Shown piece by piece: positions 1-14,100 of a stretch of 64,000 bases of DNA. Made by a program: the position numbers and the translations under genes. The stretch comes from Azolla caroliniana. Taxonomy: Eukaryota; Plantae; Polypodiophyta. The notes below the pieces were generated by a model. The model was not told the DNA's origin. It saw nothing but the letters and a program-made list of their open reading frames with translations, and ran no database searches. The stretch is taken from NCBI GenBank assembly GCA_043228905.1, contig JBHGNT010000014.1:744001-808000 (forward strand). The letters are read 5' to 3'. Numbering within the stretch: the stretch's first letter is position 1; every line of letters starts with the position of its first letter.

Positions 1-2055
1 TACTTTCCGCACATGTATATCATGCTCCTCCTGTGTTTTAGAGTAAATCAACAGATCGTCTAAGTAGATGATGAGAAAGATATCCAAGAAATCCCAGAAA
101 ATGTCATTTGCCATATGTTGAAAAATTGCGGGTGCATTTGTGAGCCCGAAAGGCATGACTGTATACTCGAAATGACCATACCGAGTGCGAAATGCAGTAT
201 TCCACTCATCTCTCGGTCGAATTTGAACAAGATTATATGCACCCCTTAGATCAATTTTGGTAAAATGCTTTGCCCCACCAATGCCCTCTAAAAGACTGGA
301 GATTAAAGGTAGAACATACCTATTTTTTATGGTGACTTTATTTAAGCCTCGATAGTCCACAACCAAACGCAGTGAGCCGTCCTTTTTCCTCACAAAAAAG
401 ATAGGAGCACCAACTGGAGACTTTGAATGTAGAATAAACCCATGTGCAAGATTCTCCTCGATGTATTCTCAAAAAACCCCAAGCTCAGTTGGTGACAAAT
501 TGTAGATCGGACCCCATCGTGGCTCTTTTCTTGGTTGGAGGTCAATGGGACTATCGTGCGACTGAGGCTTTGGAAGTATAGTAGCTTTAACTTTGTCGAA
601 AACATCAACATATTCTTGATATTTTTGGGAATTTGAATGTTTGAATTCCCTTGATTGGCACTAGAAGTGTCACTGATACTAGAAATAAGAAAAGTTCCTC
701 CTTTCCTCCCATTTGGCACAATTGTTGCAATGTGATCGTTGAAATTTGATGAAAAGGAGATGGTGCGTTGGTAGAACAACATTCTTTAAGAGAATAATCC
801 TGGGTTCGATCCTTGGCAATGATGTTCTCTACTGAAGGGCACCAAATTTCTCGCTTGCTCCAATCAATTCTTGGGTTATGTATAGCTCGAACCATGGCAA
901 ACCGAGGACAATTGGATGCTCGGGGCTACGGATTATGTTAAGGGAAACTACACATCCTAAATCACCTAAGAGTATTTGTATTGGCTCAGACTCTTCAAAT
1001 ATCTTCCTAGAAGCTATGAGACATCCATCAATCACTACTACGGAAACTGGACAAGGAAGTGTATTCAAGACATATTTGGTGTTTTTGGGCAAAATCTCTA
1101 TTCATGAAAAAAGAATTGGCTCTGGTATCTAAGAGAGCTTGGACCTGAAGTTGACAACTCGGTGTCCTAACTTGTACTTGGGCTGAGAAGACTCTACTAA
1201 CATGCTTGGAAGAAATGGAACCCACACTAGGTTGTACAAATCTAGGGTTTTCCAACCAAATGACTCCTATTTTGGCCAGACTTATTAGTTTGACTCCTCT
1301 TCTAATTGGTTTAGGACTTCAAACTTATTGGACAGGGGTGGATTATTTATAATATTAGAATCACTGACTACTAAAACGTTGGATTCATTTTTATTGTCAT
1401 AGTGAATTTGATTTACCTGACATCTCGGCTTGCCGGAGCAATGAATGGCTATATGTCGTGGACCTCCGCAATATAAGCACGGACAGTTTGCTCGACGTCA
1501 TTGCTTCTTTTTGTTCAACAACAATCCTCATCGTTGGGTCATATCGATCTCCATGGGTGTAGGACTATCCATTGGGATTGGACTATGTGTTTGCCTGGGA
1601 GTTGGAGCAGGGCTTTATGTTTGCCTTGGAGATGATTGCGTCATTACTAATGCATAAGTTGGTGTGAATCTTGATCTTGTTATTTGTTATTGTCGCTCAC
1701 ATCGATGCTCAAAAAGGTGATTATCACACCGTATTGCTCAACTAATAGCTTCTGTAAGTGATTTTGGATCCTCGCGGAAGGTAAGAAGTAAGTCTTTAAC
1801 ATCACTATGAAGGCCAGAATGAAATTGCTCCATTAGGGCTTGTTCATCCCAAGGAATATCGTTTGCGATGAGACAAAAATTGGGTGCATATGTCGATACT
1901 AGCTAATCACCTTGACGTAGTGTACGAATCTTTTTTATTGTTGTTCTTGCTCCATCTGTATCTCCGAAGCAAGCATTAACTTCTTTGACAAATTCCTCAA
2001 AGTTATTCAGTAGAGGAGAATTTGTCTCTAGTAATGGAGCAAACCATGACAACGT
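1..2055 (-). mobile_element. Degraded Ty3/gypsy (chromovirus/Tcn1-like) retrotransposon: gag, protease and start of RT. This is the oldest layer of the nest.
   Basis: Minus-strand translations give gag LSWFAPLLE..FEEF, a CCHC knuckle CLYCGGPRHIAIHC (~1440-1485), PTPMEID, protease VQALLDTRANSFFM and [29 protein letters not shown] (~1-120). There are many stops and frameshifts. Gag resumes at 2696-2708 and 19653-19673 (VGTLFTG-ITLSW) once the nested inserts are removed. Confidence 0.88.
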
Positions 2056-2695
2056 TGTCGTGAAGAAAACTGTCCCTTGGTGCAATCGGTGCATAGCGCG
2101 CGTGAACCGGCTCTTCACGTGTGCGCACCCTTAATGTATATAATAGGGAATTAAGTACATAGGTGTATCCTGGGTAGTTAGATTCGGTAGGTAGGAAGTA
2201 AATGAGGGAGACGGCTCCCTTCTTGACGCTATAAAGGAGAGGGAGACGCGGGGGGAAGGGATCGCGCATTGAGGAGGATGAAGTGTTGTCGGACCGTAAC
2301 CGAACGCTTCTCCTCTGTTTGTTCTCTATTGCTCTTCTCTGCAGGTTTCGGGAGGCTCGCGCTGCTTCGAGGAACGCCCGTGTGCTTCCGGCAGCACCTC
2401 CATCCTATCCCCTTTACGTGCGCAGACGAACAGGCATCGGCATCGGCCTGTTCGGTTGTAATCGCTCGCGTGCTCTGTTGTGTATTTGTTATTCGTTAAT
2501 CTACAAAAACTTGTGTCTCCCTGTCTCTGTGTCCATTCGCGTCTTCTGTGTTGATGGGCCGTGCCCCTGTGTTTCTTTGCTCATACGTGACCGGGCGTCT
2601 CTCTCTTTCTCTTTCCCCTTCTATCACCTGCTCTTCGGTTCAAGACCCTGGTGGTCCCGCCTCGTTTCTCCACGTACGCGCGTAGTAACGCGACA
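2056..2695 (+). mobile_element. Solo LTR of the tRNA-Trp-primed Ty3/gypsy group
   Basis: Runs TGTCGTGAAGAAAAC...CGCGACA and is flanked by a 4-bp TSD, ACGT (2052-2055 / 2696-2699). It resembles the LTRs at 55703-56486. Removing it restores the host gag frame. Confidence 0.9.
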
Positions 2696-3364
2696 ACGTT
2701 ATGCCAGTTGTTGAGTGAGCAAGCTCAACCAGATCCGGATTGGCTGGATAAGCTAGGGCCGAATTGTATCTGGATCGGTGTCCGGATAGTATTCGGAGCC
2801 AGGAGCCGGACCCAGTAAGCCGTTTAGAGGTCTACGCTTCTAGACTAATAGGTAGTCATGGTCCTCATAGTTAGTATCAGCCGCTCGTATGAGCATTGAC
2901 GTACATAGTACTTATGTTAGTCCCTTGTGGACTTGTATAAAAAGTGCTCACTAAGCACATCCTATGTATAGAGTATTATTTTTTTAATATAGTTTATGCT
3001 ATTCTGCTCTCTTTGTCTCTCCCACCCTCCATGTTTGTCTTGTAAGGTTTCCATTAAACTTGTACTCTTTCTGTTGCTATCCGACTGAACCGGTTTGTCA
3101 AAGCTTCCACATATTAACTTTTACATGGTATTAGAGCACGAGGGTTGAGAATCTCTGCTGCCGACAAGTGATTTCCAAAGACAAACCCTAAATTCCGGAA
3201 AAGCATAGACCAAAAAGAAGGAAGATATGGACAGAAGTATGGCGAGCTCACTTCCAACAGAAAAGCTTGACCGGAGTAATTATGTGTCCTAGTCGTATAA
3301 AATGCACAAATACTTGTTGGGGCACGGATACTTGAGCTATGTGGAAGGAGCAAATATAGCAACA

Positions 3365-3660
3365 CCGGATTCGGCACACAAGGACTTCCCAGTATGGGAA
3401 CAAGGAGCGAGCAGGGTATTGTACTGTCTTGCGTCCTTTGTGCACGACCAGATGCTCGGCTACATTTGGGATGCAAAAACGCTGAAAGAGGCCTGGGAAA
3501 ATCTCCGGAAGCGCCGGATTTGGCACACAAGGACTTCTCGGTATGGGAACAAGGAGCGAGTAGGGTATTGTACTATCTTGCGTGCTCTGTGCACGACCAG
3601 ATGCTCGACTACATCTGGGATGCAAAAACGCCGAAAGAGGCTTGGGAAAATCTCCGGAAG
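3365..3660 (+). repeat. 149-bp tandem duplication inside A1 gag
   Basis: CCGGATTCGGCACACAAGG...CTCCGGAAG starts at 3365 and again at 3514. The copies differ mostly by transitions, and the duplication frameshifts gag. Confidence 0.9.
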
Positions 3661-5296
3661 ATTTTCGCCACAAGCACCACGGCTCGGAATTTGCAGCTCT
3701 GGCAAGAGCTCAACAATATCTGGCAATGGGACATGTTGGTTACCGACTACACCACCAAGATCAAGGAGATTTGCGACACACTCAGTTCTATCAACGTGAT
3801 GGTGGACGAGGATGAGATGGTCCAAATCTGCCTTGGTGGTCTAGCACAATAGTACGGGCCAATCCGGACGGTGATTTTCACCCGGGAGAAACCACTGTCC
3901 TTCTTCAATCTGCAATCGATGTTGATGGTTGAAGAAAACCATGCGAGTGGGTCGAGGATCACTCAATCGGATAGTCGGATGTTGTACACGGAGGCGGATC
4001 AGCCCCGTGCGTGTGGAGGATGAGGTGGGTCGGCATGCAATAGTAGCGATCGGCAAGAGCAGAACCGAAGGCACGAAGATAGTGCCGGTAGTAGTTCCGA
4101 ACCCTCCACAAACAGGGCAAGTCAAGGCGGCACCGGAAACCGGCAAGGGAAAACCAACACAGAATGCTAGTACTGTGGCAAGAAAGGCCACCGGGAAAGC
4201 GAGTGCTGGAAGAAGTGTGCCGATTCGGATAAATCCGGATCCGGCAAGGCCGGACAAGGTAACTGACAAAGCTCGCACTACGTTGAAGGATCAAAAGGGT
4301 CCGGAACCGGTAAGACCAGAGATGGGCCAGCCTTTGTGATGAAACACAAGGCGAACTCGATGAAGAAGACCACTTTCGGGATCAGAGGAAGTGTGGTACA
4401 TTGACTCCGAAGCATCTAACCACATGATGGGCCAAGAAGAGTGGTTCTCATTTCTGGAAAAGCCAGAGCAACTGGGAGTTGTCGAAACCAGAGATGACAC
4501 TCCTCACCCGATCATGCATGTCGGAGAAGTTCCCTTGAGTCATGTTGGACAAAAAGGGAAGCTTATGAATGTGCTTCACATCCCACCAATCACAAAGATC
4601 AACCAAGGGATGCAGGTGCGGTTTATGCACCTCGTGTGCTTCATCGAGGAAGAAGGTCTAATAATTGCACAAGGGCATCTGGATGGGAGGATGTTCATCC
4701 TCGACACCAACGACATCGGCACCGCTATGTTCACAAAAGGACAGAAGATCAAATCGGACATCGATCTCTGGCACTAGTTGATCGGCCACGTCAACTACCG
4801 GAGGCTTCAAGACCTGCAGTCGAAACAAGTTGTTTTCGGATTGCTGAAATTTAGTGGCCAAAAGGGCCAAATTTGTGAAGCCTGCCAGCTTGGGAAGTAA
4901 CACCGACTACTGTTCCCCACCGAAAGAAACCAAAGTCGTAACAAGCTCGATCTAATACATTCGGATGCATGGGGACTGACACAAAACGTTAGTCTTGGCG
5001 GGAGCCGATATTTCGTCACTTTCATCGACAACTACAACCGGCACACGTGGATCTACCTCATCGAGAAGAAAAGCGAAGTCTTCGATTGTTTCCGGAATCT
5101 GCAAAGTCTCGTCGAACGGGAAACAGAGAGGAAGATCAAGTGCCTACGGTCGGATGGTGGAAAAGAATATTTTTCAGGCCAATTCAAAAGTTATTTGCTA
5201 CAAATAGGAATTCGGAGAGAATTCAGTTGGAGATACACACTGGAACAAAATGGTGTGGCCGAAAGGAAGAACCGATCAATTGTGGAGGCGGCACGG

Positions 5297-6859
5297 TGTC
5301 GTGAACATTTTCGTCCACGAGCGGAAACCCGAGCAACGAGAGCCAAAGAGCGATGTGCAACATTGCACGCGTACATAATGTATTTGTAATAGTAATAAGG
5401 GTAAAGTGTATGGTGCTAGAAATGCCCCATAGGATCCCTAAGGTATAAAGGTGATGTGGTCTTGTGCGCACATCCACGCGCGAGAGAGAGAGAGGTGCTA
5501 TGCGGTACATAGGTACCTAGTTGTTTGTGAGGAGGTGGGATATTTTAATCTCACTTTCGTAAACGGTCTTCCCTCCTTGTGCTATAAAAGGAGAGGGAAG
5601 GCCTACGGAAGGCAAGCGACGGCGTGGAGAGAGCACGGCGAACAACGGGGAAAGCCTACGGAAGGCAAGCGCGGAGCGGAGAGAATCGGCACGCCGAGGT
5701 GTGCGGCACACAAAGGGCGGAATCCGGCATGCGACCGGGAGCGCATCCGGAGGATATACGAGGCGGACAAAGGAAGAGCAACCGGGTCGGCGACGGCATT
5801 CGGGAGGACCGAACGAGGAGGAAAGCACAGGCATCGGATACGGCGGGTAGGATGTAGTTGGTGGTTCAAGGACCCATGGTGGACGTGGCGGATCGGGTGG
5901 AGGCAACGACTCGGCGAACATCGTCGAGTGTGGCGGATCGGATGGCGCTGACGGTTCGAGACCATTCGGCGAGGATGGTGGACCAGAAGGCGGCGGCGGT
6001 TCGTATGGACGGGGTGGTCTTGCTCGAAGTGGAGGACAAAACCAGGCGGGCCCACGAGGACGCTAAGGACTCGGCCGTTCGTCGTGGCCGAAAATCTCGT
6101 GTTCTCTCCCTTATGTTTTGGCACATACCGGTGGATGTGCGGTTAGGTGGGGGCGGATGTCGTGAAGATTTTCGTCCATGAGCGGAAACCCGAGCAACGA
6201 GAGCCAAAGAGCGATGTGCAACGTTGCACGCATACATAATGTATTTGTAATAATAATAGGGAAAAAGGGTATGGTGCTAGAAATGCCCCATAAGATCCCT
6301 AAGGTATAAAGGCGATGTGGTCTTGTGTGCACATCCACGCGAGAGAGAGAGAGAGAGGTACTATGCGGTACATAGGTACCTAGTTGTTTGTGAGGTGGGA
6401 GTTAAGGGGCCATCAATCTCACCCTCCCCAAATCAAGGAAAATATTCCCTTTGAATGAAAGGGGATATTTTAGTCTCGTTTTTGTAAACGGTCTTCCCTC
6501 CTTGTGCTATAAAAGGAGAGGGAAGGCACCATTGTGAGGGTTGCCTATTTTGAGTGTGCGAGGTATACCACATAGGTCGAGCGTTAGGGTTAGGTTTAGG
6601 GATTCTTTATCTTTATCTTCATCTTCATCGGTTAGGGTTTCGAGTAGTCGTTTGGTGCGGCATATGCGGCCACCATTTTGTAATCGTTCTTTTCGTTTTA
6701 ATACATCTTGTTGTTCATCTTGTCTCCATCTTCCTCTTGTTCATTCTTCTTCTTCTTGAGCAAAGCTTCCATTCCGTGTCCGATTCCTTCTCCTCTACTC
6801 CTTAGTCCAAGACCCCCGTGGTCCCGCCCTTCTCCACGCACGCGCGTAGCAACGCGACA
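5297..6859 (+). mobile_element. Short non-autonomous (deleted) Ty3/gypsy element with two LTRs
   Basis: Truncated 5' LTR at 5297-~5600, PPT GGTTAGGTGGGGGCGGA ending at 6157, and 3' LTR at 6158-6859. 4-bp TSD ACGG. The host integrase reads EAAR|AMLEE across it. Confidence 0.9.
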
Positions 6860-9800
6860 ACGGGCAATGCTAGAAGAGAAGAGCATGCCCAAGCTCTACT
6901 GGGCCGAAGCGGTTCGGACAGCCGTCTACATCCAAAACCGAATCGGGGATAAGGTGTCAGCACATTAGTATTTCGAGCAGAAGCCGAATTTAAGGCACCT
7001 TAAGATATTTGGTAACATTGTATATGTCCATGTGCCGGATGAGAAGCGGAGAAAGCGGGACCCGAAGTCGGAGAAATGCATACTAGTCGGCTACTCTCAT
7101 GAGTAGAAGGGGTATAAATGTTGGGAATTCGGTCCCTCCGGACGAGAGCCGGAGGAGCCGAAGGAAGGATCCAGACCGGACCGGAAGATATCTAGATGGA
7201 TCTGGTGTGAACCGGATACAGGGACATATCTGCAAATATGTTTCTGGTGTGCCTGTAAAGGTTATATTTGTAAATAGTCTTAAAGTCATAGAAGTATAAA
7301 TATGACTTATGGCAATCACTTTGAATGGTTGGTGTTATTGCTAGTTGCATCATAGTTGTACAGAGAGAGAGAGAGAAGAGAAGAGAAGCCATTGGTAGTT
7401 GTTCATTGCCTCTGAGTCTCCTATTGTACCTCCTTTCTCGTATAGTGATAGTTGGAGTTTGTAGGCTCTCGTGGTTTTTTCACTATTAGGGTTTTCCACG
7501 TAAACATCCGTGTCATCTCTTCTGTGTAAGTGTACGAACCTCCATTTCTATTTTGTTCTTTCATCAAGTGTTTGAGTCTCAGTTGTGGCTGAGCGCTATT
7601 CTGCAAAAACTGGCATCAGAGCAAACAAGAAAATGGAAGAGTCATTTGGAAGCATGTTCAAGCTCACCAGCTCCAACTACCCAGTGTGGAAGTCGAAGAT
7701 GAGAGACATGCTCGTGGTCAAAGATCTCTGGCTGTCGGTACAGTTTGGGGACAAGAAACCGGACAAGATCGATGCCATGACATGGGAGATGATGCACATG
7801 AAGACGACGGCATACATACGATGCTTCATCGACATTAGCCTATACAACAACTTCAATGAAGAAAGTAAGGCTCGTGTGCTCTTGGAGAAAATTGGCACCA
7901 TGCTGGAGAGCAAAAATGCCGGAAAGCGGGTTTTGGTATTCCGGAAGTTAGTGAGACTCTAGTACCAGGACGGATCCAGCATGGCGGAGCACATGAATGC
8001 CTTCCAGGGACTAATAAACCAAACAACTTTGCTTGAAGTACTTCTAGCCGACGAGGTACATGCATTGCTCTTGCTCGGTTCCCTTCCGGATAGTTGGGAG
8101 ACTCTAGTTGTCACTTTGGGCAACGCCGGGCCAGAAGGAAAGCAGTTGTCCCTAGCAAGGGTAAAATCAAGCTTGCTAGATGAAGAAGCTTGCCAGAAAG
8201 ATCGGGTGTCCGGAACCGGTCCGAAGGTCTTGGTTACGGAAGATGACCGTAACCAGGGAAGAGGCTGAAATCGGTGTCCCCAAAACCAGGACAAATCGAG
8301 GACGAGGTCAAAGTCAAGGGGGAGGCCCACATGCTTCTACTATGGGAAGCCGGGGCACTTCTAGAAGAACTGTCGGCATTACCGAAAAGAGAAAGGGGCC
8401 TACACCACCGATTCGAAGGAGAGTTCGGACCGAAATGATTCGGATCAGAAAGGAACGTCGGAGATCGTGAAAAGTGAAGGTTTGCGGTTGATGAGACAAA
8501 GCGAGGGCAAATGCTGCTCATCACCAAGGAGAATGAGTTAAACCTTGTCGGCGATGAGACAATGTGGGTTGTCGATTCCAGATCATCGTTTCACTTGACA
8601 TCAGACTGGAAATGTTGCTCATCCTACAAGAGGTTGTGTCACATAAGTCAGATGGGGATAAAGGATGTGCAACTTGAGAAGTGCACCGACTACTTGGCCA
8701 ACAAGCAAAACTAAACCTCTTTCCGTGCAAGACCACCGATGAGACAGAATGCACCATTGGAGCTGGTGCATACTGATGTTTGTCTCGTGGACATGAAGTC
8801 ACATGCCGGATCGCAATACTTCGTAACGTTCATAGATGACCATAGCCGGAAGTTGTGGGTCTCACCATTGAAGACGAAGGATTAGCTCCACGCGAGAGTG
8901 GAAAGGGAAACCGGTTGGAATCAAAAGGTGGTTCAAGCAAATAACGGAGGAGAATATCGGGGGTAGTTTGAGGAGTACTGCCGGTCGAACGGAATCCGAC
9001 TCAAATTTACCATGCCGAAGACGCCAGAACTAAATGGGCTGGCCGAACGGATGAACCGAACTATGATGGAGAGAGTCTGGAGCATGTTGGCATATGCAAA
9101 GCTACCCAAGATGTTTTGGGTTGAGCTGCTAATGAATGTGACCTACATGATAAACAGATCACCCTCAACACCCTTGGATGGAGACACACCGCAGAGAGTA
9201 TGAACCAGTAAGGATGTGTCCTACCGGCATCTGAAGGTGTTCAGGTGTCTCGCTTACGTGTATGTCGCAAAGGACAAGAGAGAAAAGTTGGATCTGAAGT
9301 CCAGGCCATGCATATTCCTTGGATATGGCAATGATGAGTTCGGCTACCGAGTGTGCGACTTGGTCGACAAGAAGGTGTTCCGGATCCGTGACATAGTCTT
9401 TATGGAAGACAAGACCATTGCCAACTAGGAGTCGGAGAAGAAGATGATGGACTCTGGCTCATCCAATGAAAATCAGTTTGAGGATACAAGGACTTACCTG
9501 GTTGGGAACCAGATGTTAGCCAATAACCGGTTGACACTCGACAAACCCACCGGATTCGGACAAGAAACCGAACTGACTGAGAAGAAGACACCAGAACCGA
9601 ACAACATCCTGAATCGGATTTAGATGAGGAGCAAATGGAGGAACCGGTAGTTGGAAATCAAGGACGAAGATACCCTCTTAGAGAGAGAAGAACCCCCTGG
9701 AGATTTCCGGATGCAGATCAAGTGTTGCTGACCAATGAGGGGGAGTCGGAAAGCTTCGAAGACGCAAGGAAAGACACCCACAACTGGAAGTGGTTAAGTG

Positions 9801-10446
9801 CCATGCAGGATGAGATGGATTCCCTGCATGAGAACCACACATATGAATTGACAGAGCTCCTGAAAGGAAAGAGAGCACTCCGGAAAAAGTGGGTGTACAA
9901 GCTGAAACCAAGAGACTCCGAAAATCCACCAAGGTACAATGCCCGGATCATGGTGAAGGGGTTCCAGCAGAAGAAAGGTGTGGATTTCGATGAGATCTTT
10001 GCTCTGGTTGTAAAGATGACATCCAACCGAACGGTGTTGAGCATAGTAGCAAGCATGGACCTTGAGGTAGAGCAACTAGACCTCCAGATGACATTCCTCC
10101 ATGGAGACCTCGAAGAAGAAATCTACATGCAGCAACCAAAAGGGTTTGTGAAGAAAGGGAAGGAGCACCTATTATGCCGGCTGAAGAAGAGCTTATACGG
10201 ACTGAAGAAGAGCCTATTGTATGTAGATGACATGTTGATCGTAGAACCGAACCGAACCAAAATCAGAAATCTGAAGAAGGCTTTGAACTGAACCTTCTCA
10301 ATGAAAGATTTGGGTCCGGCTAGATAGATACTGGGGATGCACATAATCCGGGACCGGTCGAAGAAATTGCTATGGCTGTCACAGGAGAAGTACGTGAGAT
10401 AGGTGCTTAAACGGTTCAAAATGTTGGATGCGAAACCGGTCAAATC

Positions 10447-11103
10447 TGACAGGAACTACACGCTCCCTATACGCAACGCTCGGCCACCGCCGAGCTTAGA
10501 ATCATACACAGAAAACCGGGAAATAAATTCACGACACAAAGAAGAGAAGAGTACATAGGATGTTTACGTGGAAAACCCCAAACTAGGGAAAAAACCACGG
10601 CAGCCCACAGGCTGTGAACTATCACTATGTTAGAATGTACAATAGTGAGTTCACGGAGGCAACGACCTCGTGCTCACGATCTTCGCTACAGGTGGCGGTT
10701 ACAACAGAGGCAACAACCTCTTTCTCTCTCTCTCTCTCTCTGTACACAGTTACACGCTCTCTCTTCTTACACCAACAAGAATGACAACAACTATTAAAAG
10801 TTTGCCCTAAGTCATATTTATACTAATATGACTTTTCGGCTATTTACAAATATAGCCGATATGGACTCTCAGAAACATATTTACGAATATGTCTCTTCAT
10901 CCGGTTCTCACCGGGTCTGCACCATCTGGCTCTCCGTAGCCGGGTACTCCTCATCCGGTCTCCACCGGGTCTGCATCATCCGGCTCTCCGTAGCCAGGTA
11001 CTCCTCATCCGGTTCTCACCGGATCTGCATCATCCGGCTCTCCGTAGCCGGGTACTCCTCATACGGTTTCGGCCGAGGCACTGTTCTTCTCCCTTCCCAT
11101 CCG
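10447..11103 (-). mobile_element. Truncated LTR of a B-family copia (B2)
   Basis: TGACAGGAAC terminus, similar to 19674-20339 and 20868-21544. It carries 54-bp U3 tandem repeats at ~10897-11060 and is fused to A2 through the shared TCCG just before its own terminus. Confidence 0.85.
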
Positions 11104-14100
11104 CTCCTTTCCTGATGCTTTGCTTGGTCGTTCGGGATTGTTCTCCGCCTCAAGTTTGGCACGTCGAGGTGACGCAATCCGAGCGCACCTGAGAATTATC
11201 GCAACTTGTCCAGACCAAGAGGCTTGGTGAAGATGTCGTCAGTCTGCCGATCCGTCGGAACGTACTGAAGTTCGACTTCACCGGAAAGGACACGCTCACG
11301 GACGAAATGGTAGTGCACCTCAATGTGCTTGGTCCGTGCGTGGAAGACGGGGTTCTTCGCGAGTTGGATGCTGCTGAGGTTGTCGCAGTAGATCGTCGTT
11401 GGATCGGACACCTCCTCTCGCAGGTCCTTAAGTAGCCGCTTCAACCATATGGCTTCGCATGTCGCGACAGTCGCTCCTCGGTACTCGGCTTCGGTGCTCG
11501 ACAGTGCAACTGTCGGTTGCTTCTTACTGCTCCATGCGATCGCGGCACTCCCGAGGGAGAACGCGTATCCAGACGTGGATCGGCAATCGGCGGCATTGCC
11601 AACCCAATCAGCATCGGTGTAGCCGACTAACCGCATGGCTGCACCGGTCCGATATAGCAGTCCCCGGTCCTTAGTGTCGTTGACATACCGAAGTGACGAG
11701 TCCGCGTCTTGGTACCTGCCCCCGACTTGGAACCCCGACTCCAATACGAGTTCTGATGATGAGGTTAGCGAGGCGGAGATGCCTCCGGATGAGCCCAAAA
11801 TCGAGACCAGCGAAGAGAGTCCGATTTCACTCCGGTTAAGTGGACCAATAGAACGACTGAGTCAGTATGACCAGTCCGATGAAGAGCCGGCGAATAATGG
11901 AGACTCGGTCATGCATTCCCCGCGCAGGAAGCCGAGGAGACGGCTTACGCGCAAAGAGAAAGGGAAGAAGAAGGTGTCGGATTCCGGCACGGAAAGGAAC
12001 GAGTCAGACCGACGCGAGTCCGACTCCGAGGGAATTGGTGACGGGTCTTTAAAGGTGAAGACCACGTCGACTGAGAAGGCCTCGACATGGGCTGATGTGA
12101 GATTGCGTCGATCTACTCGCCAAAAGAACCCAGTTGTGCGGTTCGGATACAACGAGTACATGGCGCATCATTATGCGTACATGACCCGTGTAGCGGAAGT
12201 GCCTGAGCCGGAGAGCTATGTAGAAGCGGCTAAAGACGCGAATTGGCGTGCCGCGATGGAGGAAGAGATGCACGCATTGGCGGAGAACGAGACCTGGGAC
12301 TTGGTTGACGCACCAAAGGGTGTGAAGCCGATCGGGTGTAGATGGGTGTACAAAGTCAAGTACAACACCGATGGCTCGGTTAACCAATACAAAGCTCGTC
12401 TAGTGGAAAAGGGCTACGCGCAGAAACACGACATCGACTACGATGAGACCTTTGCGCCGGTCGCGAAAATGACGACCATCTGAGTTTTGCTCGCAGTAGC
12501 TGCGGCGAAGGGGTGGCACTTACATCAAATGGATGTAAAGAATGTGTTCCTACAAGGTGACCTTGAGGAACAAGTGTACATGGTACAGCCCCCCGGATTT
12601 CACTCCGGAACAAACTCCTCGGCAGTATGCCGACTGAAGAAGTCCCTTTACGGACTAAAGCAAGCCCCGCGTGCCTGGAACGCGAAGATCACGCAACAAC
12701 TGCGTTGGATGGGCTTCGTCACGTCAAAATCGGACTCTTCCCTGTTCATCCGGAAAGGTCGACTCAGACCGGTTAGTATTTTACTGTATGTTGATGACTT
12801 GGTCATCACCGGCGCCGACCTAGGTGAGATCGACCGCGTGAAGCTCCAGCTTGCGGCATCGTTCGACATGAAGGATCTGGGGGACCTTCATTACTTCCTC
12901 AGGATCGAAGTGATCCGTACCCCCGAAGGCATATTGATCAGCCAACGTCATTACGTGTTGAGTATGCTCTTCAAACTCGGGATGGCCGACTGTAAGTCCG
13001 TCTCGACTCCTCTGGACAGAACCATCAAGCTTCGTCCCGATATGGGAAAGGTATGCAACCCGACGAGGTTCCGACAAATTGTCGGAAGCCTTATATACTT
13101 GACCATCACCCGACCCGACCTCAGTTATCCGGTCAGGGTGATCAGTCAGTTCATGGCGCGACCTACCGAGGAGCACCACTTATAACCCTTCTGCTCGTCC
13201 GAGTAACCGACCAAGATACACTTCTCGGCCTTTGTGTCCAGCTTCCTCCTTTTCTCCTTCGGTACATGCACATACGCAATGCTACCGAACACCCTCAAGT
13301 GTCGCAAGTTCGGCTTCGTTCCGAAATATAGCTCGTGTGCCGACACTTTGTCTCCGATCCAGTTCTGGATGTATACCGCGGTCCTTACTGCCTCGGCCCA
13401 GTAGAACTTGGGCAAGCTCTTCTCCTCCAGCATTGCCTGTGCTGCTTCCACAACTGACCGATTCTTTCTCTCGGCCACGCCGTTCTGCTCCGGCGTGTAT
13501 CTACAACTGAATTCGCGCCGAATTCCCATTTGTTGTAGATAACCGTTGAATTGACCGGAAAAGTACTCTTTCCCACCATCCGAACGCAGGCACTTGATCT
13601 TTCGTCCCGTTTCCGTTTCCACGAACCCTTTGAGGTCCCGGAAACAGTCGAAGACTTCGCTCTTCCTCTCAATGAGGTAGATCCACGTGTGCCGTGTGTG
13701 GTCGTCGATGAAGGAGACGAAATATCGGCTCCCGCCAAGGCTAACGTTTTGTGCCGGCCCCCACACATCCGAGTGTATAAGGTTGAGCTTGTTCCGGCTC
13801 CGGTTTCGCTCGTTGGGGAAAGGAAGTCGGTGTTGCTTCCCGAGCTGGCAGGCTTCACAAATTTGTGCCTTTCGGCCACTAAACTTGGGCAATCCGAACA
13901 CTACCTGTTTCGATTGTAGATCTTGAAGCCGCTGGTAGTTGACGTCGCCTATCCGCTTGTGCCACAAGTCGATGTCCGACTCGGCTTTTTGTCCCTTTGC
14001 GAACATTGCGGTGCCACCGTCAGTGGAATCGAGGATGAACATCCTCCCGTCTCTGCGCCCTTGCGCAATCACACGGCCTTCTTCCTCAATGAAGCACCCG

